Shown: one piece after another, positions 50,738 through 64,000 of the stretch
Layout of the letters: each line of letters opens with the position of its first letter
Position numbering within the stretch: position 1 is the stretch's first letter
From: Ramazzottius varieornatus
Taxonomy: Eukaryota > Animalia > Tardigrada
Direction of reading: 5' to 3'
Length of the DNA: 64,000 bases
NCBI GenBank assembly: GCA_001949185.1
Contig: BDGG01000006.1
Location: 2,214,827 to 2,278,826 of the forward strand
The notes under the pieces: model-generated
The model's database searches: none
What the model saw: the letters and a program-made list of their open reading frames with translations, nothing else
Told to the model about the DNA's origin: nothing
Made by a program: the position numbers and the translations under genes

Positions 50738-53700
50738 CGGGACAATGATGTGGGTCGATTCATTTGCCGATGTTCTGATCATCGCTTGACGTACCACGTT
50801 GCCGCTAACGACTTTTTAAATGCTCCTTTGAAGATATCATGTATCGTTAAGCTACTGTGACGTTGATGGGAGGATGAGCTAATTGCTCCCTTCTGAGGAT
50901 ATGAAGGGTCTTTTGATCCGAAGGTTGGGCGGAGAACCATCTGTGCAGTTAAGGCAACATGCTCGACACTGTATAGTTCAGTACGAAGAAAAACGTCGTT
51001 GTGGAAGATGGAATTATGTAGAAATATTTCATCGGGGGTTACGTGTGGGTGGTTGTGCGTTGTTGTTTCCGGTTGTCCTGGTCGGTTATGCACAAACAGA
51101 CAGTTTAAGGCAGCACGAAGTGACAGGAAAATGATAAAGAGGAGAAGCGTGCACATCGCATGTCAGGCGGAAGAAGGGCGGATGAGATCAGGATGCGCGG
51201 AAGACCAAGCTGTCCAATGCTCGAAATTCAAATTGTGCCTGTCCTGTAAAATTGCGGCTGTTCTGCATGTGCATTAGATCTTGACTTGAACGACCGACAA
51301 GGACAGGAAAGATCGAGATAGGAATTTGTCGACTTTGAAAATTTAAGGCATGCTGTCAAACACGCTACGCATTACCGCTTCCTGCTTTCTGCGGAATAAT
51401 TTTGAGCTTCAGTATGTTTCCCCCTTTGATCCGGAAAAATGACAGGTTGCAGAGCCGAAGCATTGTGGCTGAAGCTGCTTCCTTGAATATTTAGGAAATA
51501 TCGGCGGATCTTTTTTGGTGGAGACCGCCTTCCAGAATTCTCTGCGGTTTTTGAATGATTGCAGGATTGATGCGAACCAAGTTGCAACCTAATTTTCAAA
51601 GCTATGTTTACACTAACTGATAAAACAGTATGGCCTGGTTTCTCATGAGTAATTATGTGTTTCAAGATGATAACGAATGTTGAAGGAAGAAAAGCGCCGA
51701 CTTTGGAGCGATTGTTTTTTGATAGTCAGCAGCTGTTTGAGTTTCACTGAAAATGATTATAGAGCGTCTGGCAAGAAATGTATACATTCTCTCACTTCCG
51801 TCCACGCAATAAGGCAACACATGGCATTGCATGCACATCCTTGTAGGAAGTACAGTATAATCAACCGGCATCTTGCGGATCTTCATTTTACGGCCTGTAC
51901 AAACAGGCGGTCTGAAATTCCGACGATGGCAATGGCATTTCAGGCCAGTCGGCAAAAGCACTACACAACATCGCAGCAGATGCTGAGAAAACGAATAAAA
52001 TGCGGAATATTTGCTACAGCCTCAAACTAATTCGACCTCCCGCAACTGGTGCAGATGTCTAATGGAGACTCCCTTTGGTTTATATACACCCATACACCAG
52101 CAGCTGCCATTGTTTCGCCCTAGGTTCGCAATATACCTGCCTTTGTTCGCACTATATTTGCATATCGAGGTGCATCAGATCTAATTGCTCTGTCCCGCCG
52201 TTACCTTCCGCTAGAAACGTACGCTTCTTTATGTGTACTCTTGGTGCCCAGGCGGAAGTTATTCGAGCCTTCTTCGCCTTCTGCAGCAGACTCCGAGGAC
52301 GGATAACAAGTCCTGGGGAAAAGGGACCAAAATTCAGAATCCACATCAAAGCTTCTGAGTGAAGAGAAACTATGGGCACTAGGGCTATGCATCCGAAGAT
52401 TTAGATCGGGTTAAGAGAGTAACGGTTAGGCAGGACACGGTGGAGGATTGAAAGTTGACTGCTGTTTATAAATTTGGAGATTAGATTTTCGGCTTGCGGC
52501 CAGTGGAGAAGAAAAGCAAGGTGTGGAGTGGCTCAAAGTGCAGATGACGAAGTGAAGAGCGAACTTCGGGGAGCGCCTCTTATCCGTTAATGACTGTTGC
52601 TTAATTACTTAGCTAAGCCCAAAATCTTTATTGATAAGCACGAAAAACGTTTGGTGGTAGATCGGATTACACTTGAAGAAGGCTTTTGTCGACGGACGAG
52701 GCACAGACAAAAAGATATCCGTGTGGGCAGTGGTGCTTGAGCAGTGGGTCATGTATGGTAATCCTGTTTCAAACTTGGTCGACTTCGCGCCTGCTGATGC
52801 GAATTCCGCCACATGTGGACAGGATGGAAGAAAGCTCTTGGCTATTGAGCAAAGAAGGGTTGGGTGGGTGATTGCAGCCTTGAATAGTTTCAAGGACTTA
52901 TGGGTCAGAACCAGTGTCTAAACAATGTCTGACAAGATGTCTTATGCTGTGATTAATTCCTTATCTCTTTCTCTTTAGTGTTCTTGTGTGGGGACTGGAC
53001 GGGTGCGTACGAGCGAGACGGGGAAAGATTGTCTCTTGACGAATAGACACGGACATATTCCACCGGTATATCATTGCATTGTTATTTGTTATCATCGGAT
53101 TAACATACAGGATTTCTCGTGAGGACATCGAAGAAGAAAGACACCTGGTTAACTGACTTAAGAACATGATGTAGGTGGCGCACATACAAAATTCTCAAGA
53201 ATGGGAGGTCGATCAAGAGAAGAATAGGTTCGATAATTGCCTGAAGTTACTGTTCGAGCGGGAAAATATCGCCTGCGCATATCGTGGGTGCAATATTGGA
53301 AATGCGGTTGGGTTCTGCGCTGTTGAGAAGGTGAGAATGGGAAATCTAATCCAGAGAGAGATTCGGAACACCTTCACACCTCGTTTATGATGCGGCTATC
53401 AATATGTGTGTTGACCGGAGTTTATGGCGATAAATTATGCAGGGTCGATGCATGCAAATATCCACCCGATCTTTTCAAGATTTTCGTAGTTCCAGAGAAC
53501 GAACTCGGTGAATGGCTTGAGCGTGTTGAATGTGAAACAGGAAAAGACATTCCTCCAACTTTTATAGGCTAATAAAGGAAATCTAAATTTCCGTAAATGG
53601 CCAAAAGGAATATTCAGTTATGATGGGAGAGTGCGTGGCTGTGATAATTGCGTGTGGCAAATTGTCGCCATTAATAACGCCGTGGTGGAAGGTTCGCGTT

Positions 53701-56700
53701 TTCAGAAGTAGCTAGTTTAGCCGAAGAGCCAATTAGCTACTCGTACTTTAGGTTTATTGCGCCAAGGTGGTCATGGCGAGCTGTCTTGATTAGCCGGGGA
53801 TCTGGTGTCAGTCGGAGCGCAGCTGGACAAGGTCGCTTCCGGGTGCGTGCTTTTTATTAGGCTGGAGATGAAAAATCGACATTTGAACACATGATTGCGA
53901 GTGGTCAAAGACTTTCCTTCTCGAGTTGACAGTCGAATCAACAAATTGAATGTCGCCTGCCCTCCTCTCTAAAAACAATATTTCAGAAGCCATGCTGTGA
54001 ATGTTTTCGTCGTACGGCTCTTGAGAGATGTATGGTGCGATCTATTGTATTGATGGTGGTGTCACTTCTTGGCGATGATGTAAGAATAGCGGCTTTTGAA
54101 TGGCAGCTCGACAACTGTCGCTAATATTTCTTCCGGCCCGACGTTTCATCTGACGTACACGAAGAAGTGTTCATGTCGCGGCTAAATAACAACATTTTTC
54201 ATCTCAGATCTTCTTCACAGAAGAACGGCCCTGAGGAGATTGCTTCCTACACTTTGCAAACTCATTTATCGAACGCTAGCTGTCTTGACTCTAGCTGAGT
54301 TGCGCTCTATAGTCGAGCTCTCTTTGGACAGAACACGAACGTCTAATATCAATTTCCCAAAATTCACCCACCTATTTCGAAGTGGATTTTCCGTTCTTAA
54401 TGGATTTTGCATGAAGGACATGATGCAACCATTGGGCTCCTCTTCACAACAATAGCTTTGCCTTCAAACTGGGACGTTGAAATCCGTTGAGGTGCTACGC
54501 ATTGTCTCTGCTGATGACTCATGCCGAATTCAAAAGGAGAGTCTTTTTACTGCATGGGCTTGAAAGGAGTTTCTGACGCTTCGGTACGACTTCTAGCTCG
54601 CAGTTCCTGAAAGGTTTCGAAGGTATGCCGCAGCCGTATTTAAGGGACATTTTGACGAGCGCTGGACTGCGGCTGGACGTTGTCCAACGAGTGGATTAAT
54701 CTTATTTTTCTATTATATGAGGTTCGATTTGGCCATCGATTGTGACATTGACACGGGTTTATACGAGAAGTAATCCCTTGTTATGCCTGCGAGAACAGCA
54801 GCTGGCTTATGCCTTCTTCGATTTAAATTCGACAAACTGGCTTGTGGTCAGTTATTGCCAACGATTCAATTTTCCAGTTGATCCGCTGGCGCATTCCCGC
54901 TTCTGTAAGTCAAAAATTAGATTAAAAGTATTTACAGTGCCAGAGGGATGTTCTAATACAGAAGTAACATCTGCATGGTGTCGTGTTACGCGTAATAGCT
55001 TCAACGTGGGGGGAAACTTTACTGAAACCAAGACTGTATGAAATAAGACTTATATGTCAAACTCTCCAATAGAGTCTTCCGCTGGATTCGTATTGCTGCA
55101 TTAAGCCAACCACTCAGTTTCGTACGGTTAGAGAATGCACTGACTCATCCTCCCATGTACATTTTTTGCCACGATATTTCACACTCGTAGCAGCGGTATC
55201 CTGCTTGTCGTAACCTCGGTTTGACAAAGAGCGAATGCTGTTTTGAACCTTTGGACCAAGGTCGAGTATCTCTGGTCAAACATGCGAGGCCTCAGCCTTT
55301 CTAATCTGCCCGGTGAAACATCTCCCGCGGGAGAGATGATCAGTGGTCCTTTCGCAACGTTGCGTGCTTCAAGTGGACGTTGATAGCCGTGTTGTGTCGC
55401 AAATTTGAAGGAGTCTGCTTCCGCACCGGACCGGAAGGCACAGGGCGTGCAAATATTCGACTGAGAGATAATTATCCACAACAGAATAGGCAATATGCCG
55501 AGGTGGAAACGAGCTAGTGGAGCACAATAGAAAAGGGGCATGGATGGGAAGGGTATCTGATACGTTTCGTGTTTTGAGTTGACGATGATGAAAGATGTGC
55601 ATGACGGGCCTTGAGAATACCTGCCACCCGTCCCAACACTACAGCACCCCATCATTATCACGGCAACATTAATATGCGTGTAGATATCAGCGCCAACCAT
55701 CTCCTTTGTACTTCGTAATGGAAGCGAAAAGCCTCTGGTCCTTTCTGGGATTGTAAACACGAGAACCATTTTCGCCGTTATGACTTTTCTACCCAATTCA
55801 AAACCCATTGCACAAAACTTTCGGCCGTTGCCCATGTCCTACCCCTACTGCCGACACCTCCATTCAGTATACTCAGCGCTTGCCCGGCACTTTAGCATGG
55901 GCCAGTAGAAACCGGCACAGCTCCTGCGGATGATTTCGCAGTTGGATGTGAGCGACTTATATGGGTGTAACTGATTACAAATTCTGAAAGTGATGACTGA
56001 GTACAGCAGCGATAGTATGTCGTGAAGTCGGTGCTCGTACTAAAATTAAAGTGGACGCTGCATGGCCACAACAGCCATCCATCTTTCCTTATCAACAATG
56101 CCTCGATAACAGCCAACCTGAGTTTACAGCTTCCACCACGACATCTCGTTCTCACTTTGGCAGGCGCCTTTTGTGTGAAGGTTAGCACGTCCCGGTCCGG
56201 CACAGGGGAGCAAATGTGAGACAAATGATTAAAGTGCCTGTGAATATCGTGCCGCTATCAACACTTGAGCCAATGCAGACAAAATGCCCGTCATGTCGCA
56301 CAAGGATACCTGAAGCATTTCCGCTATTTGTTCTGTTTTCCATCCAGACAATGTCCATTGTCACCCCCAACACCCTAGCGTCAGCCCCTCGCTGCTCTTC
56401 CCAACAACTCTTTTCCATATCAGCTCTGTTTAACCATAAATTAAGCGGTCCACGTTTGAACCGGTAATTTCACGTGTACCGTTTATTGTTGTGGGCACTT
56501 TACGCATTTTCAAGTGGGGAATTCACCACATTTGTCGGTGTGTGTGACCGTTTTGCGAATTTCACTTGCCGAACGTGAGAGCGAAGTTCACCATGAGAGC
56601 GAAGCTCTTTTATGACGGACTTATACGACAGCCGAACTAACTGCCGACAATTTGCCTGCGAACTCTTATCGTATCTCCAGCGAGATGGTCCTGATAAAAG

Positions 56701-58317
56701 CTGGACATGATCGTGCCGGATCAGCTCGTAATATTCCCGAGTTACCCATTGAAGCTTAAACGACCAAATTAGGCTCAACTCGCAAGAGATCTGTACCGTA
56801 ACCTTCTTGCAAGATTCGTCCGTTCCCTGAGGAACGGATTACAACTCCGCAGCCCACATGAAGTATTCACGCAGTAAGGATTTAACCCCGTGACAAGTTG
56901 GGCAATTTTTCCGAGCGCGCGACAAATTAACATTGCTGACCAGCAGACTAACACCCTGGATATTGCAGATTGCTCGAAAATGCTCTACCAGCTGTTTGAA
57001 ACTTTCGTGAAATTTCTGATTTACAGGTGGTCAAAGTCTTGAAGAGTTTTACGGAGATGATGAAGCCCAGGCTGTGCGGAGCCGGCCACGCTTGAATGGA
57101 GGTCTGCAGACGTTACGGCTTCTGCTTGACCCACTCTCCGTTTTGATTTATGTGGTCACAACTGTGCGATAAGAAAGTCTTCTAATCGAGGCCAGAAGCA
57201 AGACGATAGCCAGCGAGGTAGCACAGAATAATGAACATGGGAATTGAAATGAAATGTGCAGCGAGAAGGAAAGACAGGCACAGTGCTGCGCGAGTATTAG
57301 GTGTCTGTGTTCCTAGGAAGATGTTTCCGTCAGGCAGCGGGGGAGTTGTTACCACTGTCTTGCTGTAGCTTCCTTCCTTCCCCTTCTGCCTCCCTCGTGG
57401 CATATCTCAGCTGAGGCTGACTGGTCATTTTACAGGGACATGCTCCCACTGTAACCTTAAGCTGCCTGAACGAAGCACAGCTGACCAGTGGAAAGTGGAC
57501 CTTTTTGCCTGTTTAGACAGTGAAGGAGGGAAGTTCAGTCATGAGAAGCTGCTAACCATGACGTTATCGTGGTGTACATCCATGTCGTGAGCAAAGTGGA
57601 TTTTATTTTGAAGCTAAGCCTGGCTTCTTCGTTCGAATTCTCTCCAGTCGAGTGTGTAGACACTTTTGTAACCTTGCTCTTTCTCGCCATTCTTAAAACT
57701 GGAGATTTTTGTGTGCCAGTTGCGTCTTGATGACTATCGGATGTTTGCACTGTTCTGCTGTCAGATATAAACTTCTTGAAGAGTCTCAACTTCTCAAGCG
57801 ACAGAATATGGTAAAGTACGCTTGTTTGTCGGACTATTATGGCTTGGACATGCCAAAAATCTAATTTTGTATGCTCACCTGTTGACGACAAGTGTATGAA
57901 CTGGAAATTTTGACAGTATATGGTTTTCACTCCGACACATGTTTATGTCTCTGCACCAAAAAGTAGATGTAGAGTAACGTTCAAGTATCAAAATAGAAAC
58001 TCAATTTGTGGTTATAAGTAGTTGGAATGGTTAGCTCAAGAATTTCCGGTCGGGTAAAATTAGTACATTTTAGTTGGCCGACATTTCGGACACAGAGCAT
58101 TTGCATACAGAGCGTAATTTCAATAATGTTAATTAAATTTCGCGTTCTATATTTGCAGAGCACGGGATTACTGCTTGGAATGCAATAAGGTCCTCGCTAC
58201 GTAGCAGCTGATCAATTATCAGTACCGGATATTTCCTTCTTGTTCGGATATTAAAGTACAAATTCGTTCCTCATCTTTGTCTGTGTCAGTGGATATCTGC
58301 CACTTCCTTGTGCATTC

Positions 58318-61300
58318 ATGGATCATCGTCCTGCAGTCAGACGAACACGAGATCACCATCACCGCCGTTCACATTTGTCATCTTCCAATGCTACCAATGC
58401 AGCTGGAATGAAGCATGGTCAACAACAGCAGCAGCTGACTTCCGGGGAAGGTTACAGCTCAACAGAGAGTGATTGCGAAGGAGCAGCCGTCTATGAAAGC
58501 CTCGCTCCAACCACCCAACGACAGCGCGAGACTAGCCAAGTCTCAGGTCTTCCCCGCTCTGTTACCGGCGAGTTCCCTGTGAAAATGTACAGCACCGAAG
58601 GAAGGAACAGCCGGAGACCTGGACCTGAGTCTTCCCAATTTAACTCAATACCAGGTAAGAACGCAGAAGGAAAAACGCGGTTCGATACGTCGACAACCTA
58701 TTCTCATGCATTTGGGCAGACTTATCGCAGCGTACACTGTTGCGCAGAAGCCATAACGACCATTCACCAAGCTCCTGCTGGCTATCTTCAGTTGCACTGT
58801 ACCACTGAGTTTTCTCAGTTGATGGTCAAGGCTTGGGAGAGGCCGAGAGGGCCAGCAGAGCACATAGGGGAAAAGAAGAAATTTGAAACTAGATCTGCAG
58901 GCGCTACAGGGAAGCTGCCATGCATTGTTCTAGTCAGCCAGATAAACAACCTGCCAGCTAATGAGAAAGAAACTCGAGTAGTTCTTGGCAGTTTTACTTG
59001 GATGAAACATGATCCAGAACAGGCAAATTGCAGCTGTTGAAGAAGTTTGGACATCGAAACTCCTCGAGATTAATTTCGGAATTTTTCTGGAAATGGCCAC
59101 TCAGACACGACGCCTGATATGGAAAGAACTTGTTCACACTTGCTTGATGCACTCAACGGGAGACATGACTTGATGTGTCTGTGCTGACAAGTCGCCCGCC
59201 CTATTGTTCACCATCCTAATGATCTTCTAGCTGGTCATTTCATTTTCTTGCATACCACGTGCACAATCGTAACAGAAGTAGAGAAAGCCATCAAGCTCCC
59301 TACTTTCCCTTTCTTTGAGGATCCTTTACGGCCGTTTGTATGGAACGGTGCTTTGTAAAGCTTGTCAGTCGCAAGAAGCTCGCATTACCAATTTGAGGCA
59401 ATTAGGAACGTAAATGGACATTATGCTCAAGACTTTCCCATGTTAGAGAGTAAGCGATAACCTGGTTAGGGCTTTCTCCAGCAGGGCGGAAAAGGGCTAA
59501 TAAAGTCGTAAACCGAAAAGACGCGGCTCGACTTCATGATCAGATGTGACACGCCAGAAACAAACATTGGTTTGTCTGAAAGTCAGTACCTTCGCGAAGG
59601 TAAGCTTTGACTTCTTGTTCATTCCTCAGAAAATTTCACGTTCAGAAGTCGACAGGCTTGTGCCGTAAGCGTTCTTGTCAAGATGGCGTTGTCGGTCGTA
59701 AACAATGGGGATGCTTCGAAAAGCTCAGCGAGCTGCCTCGCAGTCAACAAGTTTAGTTTTCCTCTGACTCTTCGGAGACGGTAGGCACATTAATATCACG
59801 AACTAAACACAAGCTGTTAATCGTAGAAGTTGGCTCGTTCAAGCTATCAAACAAACATTGATCCATACACAATTGTGATTGGTTTTTTTCGAGATAATGT
59901 CAAGGCGGAATTTACGACTACGATGCGTGGCAGATATTTCCGAAAAAGCAATAGCCAGCGTGCTCTTCTCAGCATGCCAGGAAATACTAAACTTCTTGAC
60001 ATGCAAGAGTCAAACTCAATAAACCGCTTTCTAGGGTAGATCAGTAGTGTCAGAATGTCATAATGGTATAGCTTTGGTTTTTGAGCGGAACAATAGCTTT
60101 GATAGCTGACGTTGCGCACGAGTAAGTTCGTAACGTGAAGCCACCGACTTCTGTATGCTCTTTTGGCATAATGAGATTAAAGACGATATTGAGACGGCGT
60201 TTACCCATACTCGCGATGGAAGTTATGGCGGGTAGAAATTAGCGAGCTGAGCTGAGCAGCATCGTTTGTTGCGTTCACCAGATGTGAGCTGCGAAAGCTG
60301 GTTTGACCACCGCCTTCATCGTGGTTTTGCATCACACTCGCCACCAGAAAGGTATCATTTATCCGGTTTGATTACTACGTATGGAAAGCTCTGCCACTGT
60401 TTTTCTTGCATTTGGGGCTGGCTGTTAGTTTATGAAGAGTAAAGACCCCATTCTCGAAAGGAGAGTGAAGAACGTCGAGCGAAGCCAGACGAGCGTTTTT
60501 TGTGTTTGTCTTTAAGTGACGGTGTCCAGTTTGGATGGTTCACGTGGCATGCGTTAGTCTAAAATTTCATCGTATCCGCGACACGGTAGCATGATTAGAC
60601 CATGTACCTCATGTCCTGCCATAACCAGCATAATTGTGCGGGCTAGTGTCTCAGTTGCGGTTCTCTTGATGATTTTTGGTTGACTGGGTTACTTCCTTGA
60701 TGGTTTCTGGGAGTTGTGTTCGGGTTGTTGTTTACCATTTTCAGTCAAAGCAGAAGCCACCTTATGTGAATCTGATCATGAAAAGGTTATTTTGATTTCT
60801 GAATAATAATGTGGCTTCCATGACGGGGAAGTAACTGAACATGACAGTAATCACCGCAGCTACATAGTAATCTGGTGGCGAAATGGGTTAGTGAAGTACC
60901 GAAATTAATAATCAGTGTCGGCGCTGTCCACATATCCCTTTGGTATTGAAAGCTGAGCCTACGCAGACCACGTTTGCGCGTTATGAAATATTATCTGTAA
61001 ACGACTCTATTACTCCACCCATGTGCAGCGCCGCGCAGTGTGCTAAATCTTGTTTTGCCAAATTTTTATATCCATGTTTTTCTCTCTTTTGCAGCCGACA
61101 GCAAAGTGGTCAAGTCGACTAATCTGGACGACCTCAGCCCCTTACCGCAACGGAAGGAGTTCTCTACGGCGAACGCTAACAAAGCTCAGCTTTACGAGCT
61201 CTTGAAGTTCAGCCCTGAAGCAGCCTCACCTGAGACAGATGACGCCATCTCCCAGACTTCCAATGAGCACAATGTCAGTGACTGTCCGACAATGCCGGTC

Positions 61301-63468
61301 CACGAAGGAAGTAGCCAAACCGGCTCGTATTTGAACCCTTCTTCCCACTCGGATTTTAGCAGCCTTGGAATCAGCCCGCAGTCCATGTTTCAGTCCTGTT
61401 ACGGTAAGTCCATTATTGGTACGTGGGAGGTCGGCAGACAGTCGGAGGATGAACCTTATCCCGTGTGGCGCACGTTTCCGTTCTTGCTGGCTGGAAACGT
61501 GCGCCACTGGGAATGACGATCGTCCCGAGACTGTCTGTCCACCTGAAGTGCAGTACAGTAGTTTTCTGCAAAATGGATAGAAGAAGATTCATGATCTTTT
61601 TTATGATGGATGTGATGGGTGATGTATGACGTTTCTTTTGCCTGTTTGTGATCTGTTGTGAGACACACCAAAAAAGCAGCGGAGACTGAACAGCTCTTTT
61701 CTGTTGTGGTTCTTTCATGGTGTTGTTTTGTGAAGCGATCATGAAGAAATACACTGACATATGGGAGGGAGTCTTTTCAGTTTCAGACATTGTTTTTGTT
61801 GTTCTTGTAACGCATTGTGAAGCATGAAATGATTATGGTGAACTGCGACCTTTTGGTTCGAGGCTGAAAGGGAGCACAAGCTTTCAGTACTGAAAGCTTG
61901 CTTGTGCAATCAAGAGCGATATTGTCCCGAAATATGGATTATTTTGTAATACGCTGTTGAAAAGATGAGTTGAACGGTCAATAAAGTTTATAATGTCCGG
62001 GAGGATCATGTTGGAAACTTTTCATCTGGGCTGGGCTGAAAAACGACGGGGGATGGAACAGTTTTGAGCGGCAATCAAGTTAATTTGCCTCACATCATTA
62101 ATCATCTTTGACTTTCGCCAAATCAAAATTTGGTGAATGGAACGTTATCGAAAAGATTTGAGAGCTGATTCCATCCATCAAACAAACGTTGTCAATGATT
62201 TTCCGCCAGCTTGGTGATGCTTTGATGCCTCATATGGAATTTTTCTACGGCATCTTACTATCATATGTCATACTACTACATTTTTTGATGACCGGAACAG
62301 GAGAGAATGCATTGAATAAGCAGCCCAAAAATACCTGGTTAATGTATGGGGCTTAATAGTCAATCATCGTGAAGGCTTCGCGTCCAGATCTTCCGGGTGC
62401 TATTTTTCTTTCGCACAGAAGCTTCCGCCAAGTGTTTGTTTAGTGAGAGAAAATGGTTTTTGATGTGTCGCTACAAATGCATGTTTGCCACACTTTGGCG
62501 CTATGGCGTACCACTTCCCAGCCGGTTTAGTAGCCGATCTGTCGCATCGAGAGCCCATTCTTGAAAAATTAAAAGAGCGGAATACAATCTCCTCCGCTTT
62601 TCATGTCTCCGTTGATCCATCGATGAGCGGCAATAAACTGGCTGGTTACTTTTCTAATTTCCATCTAAAGCAAAGAGCTAATCGGTTGGTACATACAGTT
62701 CTTTGGCGTGAAATTTGAAGATGGGTCCTCCATTAATACTTGATCAACGGTCGGTCTTTTAGTTTCTCAAATGAACCGTTGTGACGACTTCATTTTCGAC
62801 CGCTTTTTTCCTCACGTTAATCTGTTTACTGACCAAGCAAATACCGCACGTTAAATGGCGAGTAATGGTCAGTGAAACACACCGCGTGTCAAGTTGCCGA
62901 AGAGAATCATGTTTTAACTGGTCCAACCACACTTTTGACCGGCTTTCCTTCCGGTTGAAATCTTGACGAAACACAGAATCTCCATTCCAATACTCAGTAC
63001 ACATTGGGGCATTTATTCTGTTCAGTCATTTCCTCATTTTCGACCTGAAACGCCTTTCAGAAAACACATATCTTCCGCTACTCAGCAATCAACCGATCAT
63101 ACCCAGGCTAGAATAGTCTCCCGGCGTTCGCTTGATTGACTCCTCACGAACGGATTCGGGCAATAATTCGCGAGGGTTTATTCTACGATTGATTGGAGTA
63201 TACTTGATTGACGGGATCGCTCTCCCTTGTTTTACAGGCGTGCAACAGTTGTCGGCGCAGCACCTGCATCATCCCTACTTGACTTCGCCAATTGGTCCCG
63301 GTTTGTCATCCCATATGCACCACAGCCACCCGCATCATCGGCAGAGCATCTACGGTGTATCTAGTCATCAGGATTCGCACTATCTCGATGATCCGCATCA
63401 GCACTGTGCGGCGTCCTCCCCCACAACAACGGCCAATTCAGACAGATGTCTCCTGCCGACCTCCTCAA
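58318..63468 (+). CDS. 5' coding exons of a Ser/His/Gln-rich protein, possibly a transcription factor N-terminus, incomplete; exons 58290/58318-58654, 61095-61403, 63238-63468
   Basis: Three exons with strong polypyrimidine-AG acceptors and GTAAG/GTATG donors, all phase 1, joining into one stop-free frame; no folded domain within the window. Confidence 0.7.
61465..61507. repeat. Perfect 15-bp-stem hairpin, single unit of the GTGCGCCAC family
   Basis: GTGGCGCACGTTTCC-N13-GGAAACGTGCGCCAC. Confidence 0.8.
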
Positions 63469-64000
63469 GTATGTTCTTGTTCTGTCTCACGTGCCGTGTC
63501 ACCCCCATTCCAGACCTTCTTGGCAGCTCTTCAGACTTCACTTAACCGTTGAAGAACGCTGCCGAATATTTCCACTTACAATACACACATTTCGAAGACC
63601 TTTCAAAACCATTCTTCAAAATTCTCGTTGAACTTCAAAATTTAGAGTCGGGATGTGTCTGTTATGCAACGCTCAGTAAATCACGAATGAATACTTTTTG
63701 CTTGTTTAGGCACGTGAATTTTTTTTACGGCGCGATAAAAGTTTTGTTGTAATAATACTGCACGTCTCAAAGATAATAATCGGTCTCTTGCATCACGCCA
63801 AAAAGATATCGCTTACCATGTAGCGACACTGTTGCTGCCGACGAAAAGCCCAAAGACCATGTATCGGATTTCTGACATGATGTTTACATTGGGTGTGCGT
63901 TTGTTGTAGGCGGTAATATCTGCAAATCGAGCCACAACAACAGCGTCATCTTGACGGACCCGCGCCATTTGTTCGGCACCTCCATGCATCAGCCAGCATC

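Noticed and set aside
55179-55835. 218-aa minus-strand ORF
   Set aside because: No domain, no splice context, random-like composition.

Overview
Eukaryotic (animal, ecdysozoan-like) genomic DNA with compact GT-AG introns (many 50-250 bp) and one 50-N assembly gap. A tardigrade such as Ramazzottius is my guess from gene compactness and style, and I cannot verify it. Spliced protein-coding genes reconstructed from splice sites and reading-frame continuity: the 3' part of a multiple-cysteine-cluster Toll-like receptor, a Mastermind-like Notch co-activator, a PGRMC/MSBP cytochrome b5-like protein, AKAP17A/XE7, synaptogyrin, a GPI-anchored Ly6/uPAR (quiver-like) protein, LCMT1, a head-to-head pair of paralogous secreted glycoproteins of a family I do not recognise, and the 5' coding exons of a Ser/His-rich gene that runs off the right end after about 12 kb of gene-poor sequence. 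Two accessory zones (about 2.9-14.8 kb and 35-41 kb) hold decayed elements: an RT-deleted DIRS/Ngaro tyrosine-recombinase retroelement, a near-intact DD37D (maT) transposon nested in the right end of a pogo element, BTB and PPPDE/LRAT-like pseudogenes, and several MITEs. No rRNA, tRNA or CRISPR array was seen. The best novelty candidates are the unknown secreted-protein pair and the inverted MITE copies flanking an in-frame-skippable Mastermind exon. All coordinates and alignments were read by eye; no searches were run.
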